From: an uncultured Verrucomicrobiae bacterium
GTDB taxonomy: Bacteria > Verrucomicrobiota > Verrucomicrobiia > Limisphaerales > JAFGQR01
Assembly (NCBI GenBank): GCA_963788655.1
Contig: CAWBHS010000087.1
Coordinates: 128,001-192,000 of the forward strand
DNA length: 64,000 nucleotides
Direction of reading: 5' to 3'
The notes below the pieces were generated by a model. The model ran no database searches. It had not been told where the DNA came from and saw nothing but the letters and a program-made list of their open reading frames with translations. A program made the position numbers and the translations under genes. This document shows, in pieces, positions 8,792 through 18,300 of the stretch (positions are counted from its first letter, which is position 1; every line of letters starts with the position of its first letter).

Positions 8792-10798
8792 TTATTTCTC
8801 TTTGAGTTCGATCTCGCCGTTCCAGGAAGCGGGAAGGCTGTTCGGATCCAACTCAGCCAACCGGGCCAAATAGAACGTGGCCGGGCCATCGTTCGCGTGC
8901 AGTTCGAGGGTATGGCGAAACTCGCTCTCGGCGGCCTGCCATGTTCTCGCTCGAAAATGTTGCAACGCCGTGACGAAGGTTTCGCGCCAGGGGCGGGTGG
9001 TTTCTGCGTCGTCTGGCCCGCCGATTAACTCGTGAACCGCCACGGGTTTCTCGAAGCCCTTGAGTCGAAACTGGCCCAGTTCGCGGGTGATCAGTCCATC
9101 GCCGGCGTTCTTTTGGGTGGTGCCGGAGATCAGCGTTTCCGTGCCCAGATACTTGTTCAATCCTTCCAAGCGCGAGGCCAGGTTGACGTTTTCGCCGAGG
9201 GCGGTGTAATCGACGCGGTCAACGCTGCCGAAGTTGCCCACGTTGGCCACGCCGGTGTGCAGGCCAATGCGCGTGCGCAGAATCTGGTTCTTGAGCTGGT
9301 GCTGGCTGTGTTGACGAAAGAGGAGCGCTGCCTGACAGGCGCGCAACGCGTGGTCGGTCTGCGGTTCGGGCGCGTTCCAGAAAGCGAAGATCGCGTCGCC
9401 AATGTATTTCACCACGGTGCCGTCGGTCTTGTGAATGCACTCCGCCACGGCGGTCTGGAAATACTGGTTCATCAGCTTGGCCAGTTCATCCGAGTTCACG
9501 CCTTCGGAGAGCGAGGTGAAATTGGCAATGTCACTGAAGAAGAGCGTGACCAGATGTTTCTCGGCGCCGACCTTCAACAGGTCGGGTTCACCGGAAAAGC
9601 GTTTGACCAGTTTGGGCGACAGGTAGAGTCCGAGGGTGTGTTCAAAGACGCGCTTCTGGACATACAACTGGACCGAGTTGTAGAGCACCGACCAGCAGAG
9701 GGCGAGGAAGATCTGTTCCCACACGATCAGCCAGGGAAACCAGATCCGCGACTTTTGATAGAGCAGAAAGAAGAACACCGTCGTGGCCAGCCAACCGCCC
9801 AGGGCCAGGGCTCCGGCGAGGACAGGCCGGAACCGCACCAAGCCCGCCCCCAGCAACGCCCCGAGCACGATCATCAGCACCCGCTCCGTGGCAAAAGGCA
9901 GACGCGTAAGCCAATCGCCGCGCAACAGATTCAGGAATGCCGTCGCTTGAATTTCCACCCCCGAGATGAACGGCGAACCGCGATTCGCCGCGGTGCTCTG
10001 CAAAATCCAATAGGAAAACGGATTGCGGTATTCGTCTTTGCGGTCCCCCGCGAACTTGGTCATAATCCGGGCGCCCACGAAAACCGTTTTATCCCGGAAA
10101 AATTCATCGCCGACGCGCGCCTTGTCCAGCGCATCGACATAACTGACCCACGGCACGGAATTGGGTGGGCCGTAGTAATTGATCCACCGGTGAACATAGC
10201 GCTGATCGTCATCCTGGGTGACGGCGAGGCCCAGAAATTCCGCGGCGGCCCAGCTCAAGCTGGGTAGTTGGTTTTCGGGCGTGTGTTCCCGGACAATCAG
10301 GTCATTGCTCGGAACGACTTCCACCGACCCGACGCCGGCCGCGCTGTCGAGCAACAGATCGAACGGTGGGATCATTTTCTCTACCGTCGGGCTGACCGGA
10401 TAATTGTCCGCGCCCAGGATCACTCGGTTGCTGGCTTTCATGGCGCGGGCCAGGAGTTGGTCGGTCGCCGGACGGTCGGTCAGCGGATCGCTGAAAACAA
10501 CGTCAAAGACGATGGCCTTGGCGCCTGCGGCGGTAAGGCGGTCAATGAGACGGGCATGCAAGGCACGATCCCAGGCGGCATTAAAGGGTTGGCCCAGTTC
10601 GCGGTGCGATTTCTCGTCCAGGTAAACCAGCACCGCCCCGTGGGTCGCCACGTCGCCGCGGAACACTGGCAGTAGATCGTAGCTCAATTGGGTGAGACCG
10701 CGGCCGAGAGAAAACTCGTGCAAAAAGTAGCCCAACCCGGCGGTGATAACCGCCCCAACCAGCATTGCTGCCCAGCTCTTTTTGAATTGGCTGCTCAA
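8792..10798 (-). CDS. CHASE2-domain class III adenylate/guanylate cyclase
   Basis: CHASE2 (WDRALHARLIDRL..AGAKAIVFDVVF, GVEIQA), 3 TM helices, cyclase motifs FFSDIANFT, KYIGDAIFAFW, RIGLHTG, YTALGENVNLASRLEGLNK; TTG start overlaps the upstream stop. Confidence 0.92.
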   Translation of the reverse strand: MSSQFKKSWAAMLVGAVITAGLGYFLHEFSLGRGLTQLSYDLLPVFRGDVATHGAVLVYLDEKSHRELGQPFNAAWDRALHARLIDRLTAAGAKAIVFDVVFSDPLTDRPATDQLLARAMKASNRVILGADNYPVSPTVEKMIPPFDLLLDSAAGVGSVEVVPSNDLIVREHTPENQLPSLSWAAAEFLGLAVTQDDDQRYVHRWINYYGPPNSVPWVSYVDALDKARVGDEFFRDKTVFVGARIMTKFAGDRKDEYRNPFSYWILQSTAANRGSPFISGVEIQATAFLNLLRGDWLTRLPFATERVLMIVLGALLGAGLVRFRPVLAGALALGGWLATTVFFFLLYQKSRIWFPWLIVWEQIFLALCWSVLYNSVQLYVQKRVFEHTLGLYLSPKLVKRFSGEPDLLKVGAEKHLVTLFFSDIANFTSLSEGVNSDELAKLMNQYFQTAVAECIHKTDGTVVKYIGDAIFAFWNAPEPQTDHALRACQAALLFRQHSQHQLKNQILRTRIGLHTGVANVGNFGSVDRVDYTALGENVNLASRLEGLNKYLGTETLISGTTQKNAGDGLITRELGQFRLKGFEKPVAVHELIGGPDDAETTRPWRETFVTALQHFRARTWQAAESEFRHTLELHANDGPATFYLARLAELDPNSLPASWNGEIELKEK

Positions 10799-13700
10799 AA
10801 GTAGAACTTGAGGCCGGCCACGAACGTGCGTTCGCGCGGCAACTCGTGGTAGAGCGTCAATGGATTCAGGCGATAATCCCGGTCCGTGAGGTTCAGCAGG
10901 CCGACCTGTGCTTCGGCGCGGCGATGGAGAAACCGGTAACCGAGATAGACATTGTATTGCCAGAAGTCGTCGCCGGGTAATGGCTGCACATAACCGTGAT
11001 TGGACTGCTTCGACCAAAGGGCATCAAACTGCGCGAAGAACCCGCAGCGATGATTGTAAATGCCCGCCAGGAGAACTTGGTGCAACGTCGCGTTTACGTC
11101 CTGATTGTAGTTGGCCACGCCGGGGATGCTCGGGGAAAGGTCCTTGAACTGCGTGGTCATGTCGGCGTCCGTCCACCGGTAACGCACGCCCAACGAAAAG
11201 CCCTGACCGAGCAATTGGTTGGCCGCCACCACGAGCGATTTCTCCTGATAATCCAACGACTGCCGAGTGCTCGAAGGCGCGTCGGGAATGCGCGTGTTCA
11301 CGACGCTGTTGGTCACCATGCCCACCGTGCGCGTGGCATCGGAGTTCAGCAATTCGCCTTGCACCAACAAGTAAGTGCCAGTCTTTCGGATGACTTGGTC
11401 GAGTGCGAGTCCCCAGGTTTCGAAACGAGTGCCCGGCACCAATCCGGCAGCGGACTCCGGCGCCAGACTCCGGTAGGCTTGGGTGAAGCCTCCGATTTGG
11501 GTCGGTTCCAGCCGCACACTCGTATCAAAAAATACTCCGCCCAACGAACGCGTGTAGGCGCCCCGCAGATGCGTGCTGGCGAAGGGTGTCCACTCGATGC
11601 CCGCCTTGGGCGAGAACTGGTCCTTGGTGTCTTCCTGATCTGAGATGGGCGCGGTGTCGATATTGCGCGGGTAGTGCAGCCGGTCGTAACTCACACCCGC
11701 AGTCAACCGCAGCGAATCCAGGACCTGGACGTGTTCGTAAGCATAAACACTTACCCGATCCAGGTCCGCATTCACGCTTCTGGGAAATGGTGCGCGGCGG
11801 CACCGGTATGCCGCCGGGAAACGTGTGCGTGAGCCGGCTTTCCGTATCGGCCCAAGCGGTCTGGTAACGACCGCCGGCAATCAGCGTCTGCACCGGCGTC
11901 TGCCAGATGTGCTGCAACTCGGCGGAATACACGGTTAGTTCCCGTTGAAAATAACGGGCGTATCGGTCCTGCGGTCGCACCCCCAATAGATTGGTGGACG
12001 CCGCGCCGCCGAAAAGGGAGACGTAATTTTCCAGGTAATAAATGAATGGATCCGGATCGTTCAAGGTCAGCGTGTCGTCAAAGCGTCCGCCCAGAAACAG
12101 CGTATGACTGCCGGGCGCCCATTCGTGGTGGTAACCGACCAACAAGTTCGGCTCCTGCCGCTCGGTGGCACGCAATGTTTTGCTTCCATTGGTCTGGTAG
12201 TAATGTTGGGCGACATCGCCGGATTCCATGTCGAAATAGGCGACTTGCAAAAACACGCTGTCCTTGACGGTGATTTGCTGTTTCACCTGCGCGGACAGAT
12301 ACAATTGTTCCAAATCATTGTTGGGACGGTAACCGCGCTGCGTTCGGTAGCCAGCGTCGAGCGAATAGCCCGTGTTGCCAATCCGACCGTATTGCGAGCC
12401 GGTCTGGAGCCAATCACCGTGGCTCGAATATTCCGTGTGCGAGAACAGGCCGAGATGGTCCGCGTCGAAGAAGCGCGAGTATTCCTGTTGCGAGATGCTT
12501 GGGGACAAAGCCGCGCCGCCGGCAGGCGCCAGCAGGTTGGCCAGCAGCCATTCACTGTACCAGGGCGTTTCATATCGCAGGTTGATGAGCTTGGGATCGC
12601 GCAACGCGTCGTAACTGTTCGCCAGGAACAAGTGCGCGGAGTAATTGCCGTAATCGTAGTTCACGGCGCGTGACGCTTCCTGGGCGCTGAAATCCATGAG
12701 GCCGGCATCGCGGTAAATCGCGGCCAGGTTGGCACTGCGCACGGCTTGATCCTGATCCAGCAGGAGCCGCGACCGGAACACGCTGCGGTTGTCGTTGAGT
12801 TCCTTCGACCGTTCGAGGTCGCTGACCGCTTCATTGACGCGGTTCCGTTGCTCGTTCAGCAACGCTTCATATAGCCAAGGTGTCGGGTCCGCGGGATCGA
12901 GTTTTCGGGCCAGCGCCAGTTCCTTTCCGGCGCGCGTATTATCGCCGACATGACTGAAGGCCTTACCCAGATAACTGCGCAGCACCGAACGTTGCGGTTC
13001 GAGCGTGGCCGCGACCTGCAAATCCTTCAGGCCCGCCTTCGGTTGGCCTCGGCGGATTTTAATCAGGCCCCGGCCCAGCCAGGCAGTGGAAAGCGCGCCG
13101 TCCGCGGCAATGGCCCGGTGGAAGGCATCCAATGCGGCGGCTGATTGATTGCGAGCGGCCAGCAGGAAACCTTGCAAGGCCAATCCCTGGGCATTGCGTG
13201 GAGCCAGGGCCAGCCCTCGATCCAACGCATCCGTAGCTGATGTGGTCCGGCCGAAACCGAATTCGAGTTCCGCCACTCGCACCCAGGCCGCGCCAAACTC
13301 GGGCGCTTGTTGCGCCGCGGCGCGGGCAGCAGCCAGGGCCTGCGGCAATTGCGCGCGGGACTGGAGGTAGTACCGATCGCGCCAGCCATTCACTGGCGGT
13401 GGCAGGCGCCGACAACGTCACGGCTTGCTGTTTCACGGCGGCGATCAATTCACGCAATGCATTACTCGCTGGCGAAGCCGCGTGCATGGCATCTAAATCC
13501 GCCATCGCTTGATCGACCCGACCGGCCGCCAGTAGCAGCGCCGCGTGCCAGGCATGCCCGGCGTCGGTCGTGGGTGGCTGTGCTTCCGGAAATTGTTCCA
13601 ATGCCAGCAACAGATCGCCGCGTTGGTAGGCGTCGAGCGAATCTCGGTAAGCCTCCTTTTCCGGCGCGCTTAAATGCAGGTCCTGGGGGGCCACGACCGC

Positions 13701-14351
13701 GGGATAATACAGAACCCATTGGATAACATTGATGGCATCAATGAGTGGCGCTTTGGTGGGCGCCTGTCCCGGCGACACGACACTTTGTTCGCCACTGTTG
13801 AGCGTGGCGCCGCCTTGGGCATTCGTAAGGTCCACCGCACCTTCGAGCAAGGACAACACGGTGCGGCCATCGGCGGCCACGGCCAGATTGAATTCGGTTC
13901 CGCGAATGGCCCCCGACGCAACCGGCGTGCGAAACTCAACCTCCGTCGGCTTTTCCCGGCTGAAGAAATACGTGGCCCCGGATTTGAGCTCGAGTTGCGG
14001 TTTGCTGGTGGTTTTCCGCGGCGGCTGAATCTCCATGCTGGTGAGTTCATCCACGCGCACGACACTCAAGTCCGACCAGCGCAACGTGGCCCGGCTGCGT
14101 AAGCCGGTGCGGAGGCGGTCGCCGATTTGCAGCACCTGGTTGGTGTGCGCCCGCGCCCAACGCGGTGAACCTTTGGGGGCCACGTCCACCTTGCCCTCTT
14201 TCGTCAGCAACATGCAAACGGGCGGAGCGGCGTCGGCGTTTGCAGTGATGCACGAGAAGGGAGAGAGCAGAAACAACAACCACAGAACGAGCAATGGTCC
14301 AATTTTGGTTGAATGGCCTTCGGCAGGAAAGGCGTCCCGACACTGTCTCAA
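10795..14351 (-). CDS. FecR-domain + TPR + TonB-receptor-like beta-barrel outer-membrane protein (two +1 frameshifts near 13373 and 11778)
   Basis: FecR (GDRLRTGLRSRATL, TPVASGAIRGTEF), TPR helices, amphipathic strands ending AGLKFYF; three ORF pieces join by removing one base at each junction; start approximate. Confidence 0.85.
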
Positions 14352-14454
14352 AACTCCAAAACTGGCGTAGCAGCCGATGTGAGTCGGCTCACTATTCCTC
14401 GTGTTCCTAAGAAGAGTCAGAGCGGGCTGACGTCCGCGGCTACAGTTTGGAGTT
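14352..14454. repeat. REP doublet related to family A cargo
   Basis: GTAGCAGCCGATGTGAGTCGGCTC / GAGCGGGCTGACGTCCGCGGCTAC nested in AACTCCAAAACTG / CAGTTTGGAGTT. Confidence 0.65.
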
Positions 14455-15215
14455 CGAGCATTGCATTCCCCCTCACCCTGACCCTCTCCCTCGGGGAGAG
14501 GGAACAGCCGCCAAATCCACCGTCTAATCCGAACAGCCCGTGGCCATCCACCGCCAAATCGACCTTCGCCGGGAACCACGTTAAAGATCGTACTGCCATT
14601 CATCTCTCGGCATCGCGGTCGAAGGTGCTCCCTCTCCCCTGGGGAGAGGGCCGGGGTGAGGGGAAAGGAAACGTGCTGTCCCCAGGTCCCGCCCAAAAAC
14701 GCTCTTTCGCTCGGGCCTGCCGTTTTCTGGCAGATGCGCCGTTCGGGCATTGCGTTCCCCCTCACCCTGACCCTCTCCCTCGGGGAGAGGGAACAGCCGC
14801 AGGCTCCAGTCATTAATCCGAACTTTCCCTGGGCATTCACCGCCAACTCGACCTTCGCCCGGAACCGCGCCGCAGCTCGGACTGCCGTCCCTCTCTATGC
14901 TTCGCGGTCGAAGGTGCTCCCTCTCCCCAAGGGAGAGGGCTGGGGTGAGGGGGAAGGAGCCGTGCTGCCGCCAGTACCGCCACAAAACGCTTTTGCGCTG
15001 CCGCCTGGAGTCTTTTGGCAGATGCGCGGTTCGGGCGTTGCGTTCCCCCTCACCCTGACCCTCTCCCTCGGGGAGAGGGAACAGCCGGCGGAACCAGCGA
15101 GTCATCCGAACGTTCCTTGAGCATCCACCACCAAATCGACCTTCGCCCGGAACCGCATCACAGATCGGACGGCCATCCATCTCTGAACCTCGCGGTCTAA
15201 GGGGCTCCCTCTTCC
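14455..15215. repeat. tandem array of ~288-bp units built from CCCCTCACCCTGACCCTCTCCC..GGGAGAGGG palindromic elements (BIME-like)
   Basis: Motif starts at 14466, 14755 and 15043 (periods 289 and 288); inverted copies near 14628 and 14917. Confidence 0.9.
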
Positions 15216-15307
15216 TACGGGAGAACACCAGATTGAAAATCCTCGCTGCGAGATGCTTCGCTTCAGTGGTGGTAAATTGTCTCATCCTGAGCCTGGGTTT
15301 CCGTGTC

Positions 15308-18300
15308 TCATGGCATCATCAACGCCCGGTAGAAACGGGGAGGGCTGCGTTTGGGGACCGGATCGAGGAAGTCAAAATCGCTGAGCGGCGAATTGGTGGT
15401 CAGCAGTGAAAACCACTGCACCAGGTTGGAAGACGCTTGGATCGTAAAACGCATGTCCGGCCGGCCGGTCAAGCGAAGTTGATTGGCTCCCTGGGCATTC
15501 TTCCCCAGCGGTGTCAGGTGCGCCGTGGTGACCAAACTGAAATTCAACTTGAGAATTCCCGTCGCGCCGTTGACCCCGTCCACGACGATGTAATTGGTTT
15601 CGCCCGCACGAACCGGCACCACCAGGGCGCTGTCCTGGCCGTCCAGCCCGCTGTTGTTGTCGCAGCCGAGCACCGTGAGCATATTGGGATGCGCCGGATC
15701 ACGGCCAGCCACCGCGATCACGGTATCGAAGGAACTGCCGTCGGTATTGAGAAACAAGTCGCCGGTTTCCTGCGGCACGAAGGAGAGCCATTGCGAGGCG
15801 CCACCGGCCACGTCGCAAATCGGTTCCTCGTTAAGTTCGGTGGCGCTACCGGCGGTGTTGAACACCTGGGATCCCGAGTAGCCGCTGACCACAGAAAACG
15901 AAGCCACGCCCGAAGCACCCGGAGGCGCACCGAGGATTAGTGGATTAGGCGCCAGGACGGCATCCAGGAACTTATCCGTGGCATGCGCATCTTCGAAGCT
16001 GAATCCGGTCACGTTCAGTTGCAGACTGGCCGGCAGACTGTCCACCGTGCGCGTCTGTTGCGTGACTTGAACGGTGTAGTTGCCGACGACTTCCGGCCGT
16101 GCATCCGGAATGGTCAGCATGGCGTTGGTCGCACCCGGGAGGGGTTGCCCGTTGAGGAACCATTGGTACGTCAACACGTGTCCGTGTTGCTGGCATCGAT
16201 ACGCATACTTGCCGTCCTTGTTGTAGGTGTATTTGCAGACGCCAATGGCATCCACGGCGAAGGTTGCGGTCGCTCCGGGAGGCACGGTCAGGTTAACGGG
16301 GTGGCTGCGAATCACCGGGAGCAACGAGGACGTGGCTTCGAATTCCCAGTTAAACACGAAGCTGCCAACCGCGCCACCAAAGCCATCAATCAGGATGTGA
16401 TAGTCCTTGCCGGCCACGGTATTGAAGCGGATGCGGCTGGTATAAAAACCGCCGCGATCCTCATCGCTATCCACGACCGTCAATTGGTCCACGGAAGTTC
16501 CCGTATAGACGCCCAGTAACGTGTCGAACGTGCTGCCCAGCGTAACAAACGTGGCAATGCCCATGGCCGGCGCCCGCCAGGTGTACCAAACCGATTTGCC
16601 GCCCGTCTTGCCCGCCGGGGTGGGTTCGCCCGGCTCGCGCGTTGCGGTGAAGTTGTTGCCGGATGTCGTCCCGCTATCCTTGGAGAGCGGAACCCGGTCC
16701 ACAAAATTGTCGCCTGCCGACAGCACGGTGAATTGCAGCGCCAAGGTGGTCGCCGAACTGACAACGGCGCCGTAATCATTCAAGACGACCACGGAGTAAC
16801 TGCCGCCATCTGACAAAGCCGCGGAGGGAATGATCAGGCAGACGTCGGTGGCTCCGGGAATATTTACCCCGTTGTGCCGCCATTGGTAGCGCAAGGGCTG
16901 GCCGCCGGTTGCGTCCACGCAGAACATCACCATCCCACCAACCGTGGACTGAGCGCTTTGTGGTGGTTCGATGATGACCGGGGCCCCGCCGGCCAGCACG
17001 GGAACCGAAAACTCCGACGTGTTGCCGTCCGGGTCGGTGGCGGTGGCGGTGATGAACTGCGGCTGGGGCAATACCAACGGAACATTGACCGCAAAATTTC
17101 CGGCGCCGCTGGCGTCCGTGGTCACCGTACCGGTGCCGATCAGCGTTTGGCCTTCACTCGGCCCGGCGGTTCCGGCAGTGTCATTCACAAAGAACTCGAG
17201 CCGGAAGATCGTATGGGCCGCACCGTTCAAGCTGCCCTGAATCGTCGCCAGCCCGCCAACGGTTTGAATCGAATCGAGCACTGGAGCGTTCTGCACGTTG
17301 TTGGGACCCGTATCGGCGTCTCCGGGATCATTGGCAGTCTGGCCATCCGCTCCCAAATCGATGCCCAGTTCGGCATTCGCAAAGATGGCATTGCCGAGAA
17401 TCGCATTGTCGGTACCGGCGGCCGGTTCCAGCGTTACTCCATTGCGGCCATTGAACGCGATTCGGTTTCCGGCACCATTCGTGGAACCGCCAATGGTATT
17501 GCGGGCGGCGCCGTTGTCCAAGGTAACCCCATCCAAGCCGTTACCCAAAGCCGACGTGCCATTGGTGGCCGTGCCGATGAGATTGCCTTGCACGAGGTTG
17601 CTGACGGCATTCACGCCCGCCAACCAGATACCGCTTCCGGCATTTCCTGAGATGACATTCCCCGAACCCGGTGCCGCACCCCCAATAACGTTGCCGGCCG
17701 AACTGACATAGATGCCCGCCTCGGAGTTGCCCCTCGCTGCGGTGCCGGCGGCATCGGGGCCGAGGAAGTTACCCGCGATTACATTGCCTCCCGGCCCGGC
17801 TACGCGAATGCCCGTGGCAAATCCATGCAGCACCAAGCCCCGCACAATATTGCCGCCCGACGTCAACACCAGGCCGTCAACCCCACCGTTGACCGGCGAA
17901 GCCGTGGTGCCGGGAGGCGCAGCGGTGGGAAGCGTAGCCTGACTGCCATCCAATTCGACCACTGGCGCACCGTTGAATTCAAGTTCGGACCAGCCATCAA
18001 TCGTGACGGAATCGGTGATCTCCGGCAACGGCGAGAGCAGGTGAATCGTGTGCGGCGCCGGCCCTGGGAGCGCAAAAACAATCAGGTTAGGTTCCGGCGA
18101 GTCATTCGCATTGATCAAGGCTTGCCGCAGCGAGCCAGGGCCTGAATCCGCGAGGCTGCTGACGGTGATCGTGTATGGGATCACGGTGACCACGAAGGTG
18201 CATGAATTGGAATTCCCGGAAGCGTCCGAAGCGATGCACGTAACCACCGTGTTGCCCACGGCAAAGGCAGTGCCCGCGGCCGGTTGACAGATTACGGTTG

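Noticed and set aside
10799..11017. N-terminal extension of the cyclase ORF in the supplied track
   Set aside because: Overlaps the receptor gene's 3' end; the coupled TTG at 10798 is the more plausible start.
14455..15215. Possible CRISPR array
   Set aside because: Period is ~288 bp, the intervening sequences are homologous rather than unique, and there are no cas genes.
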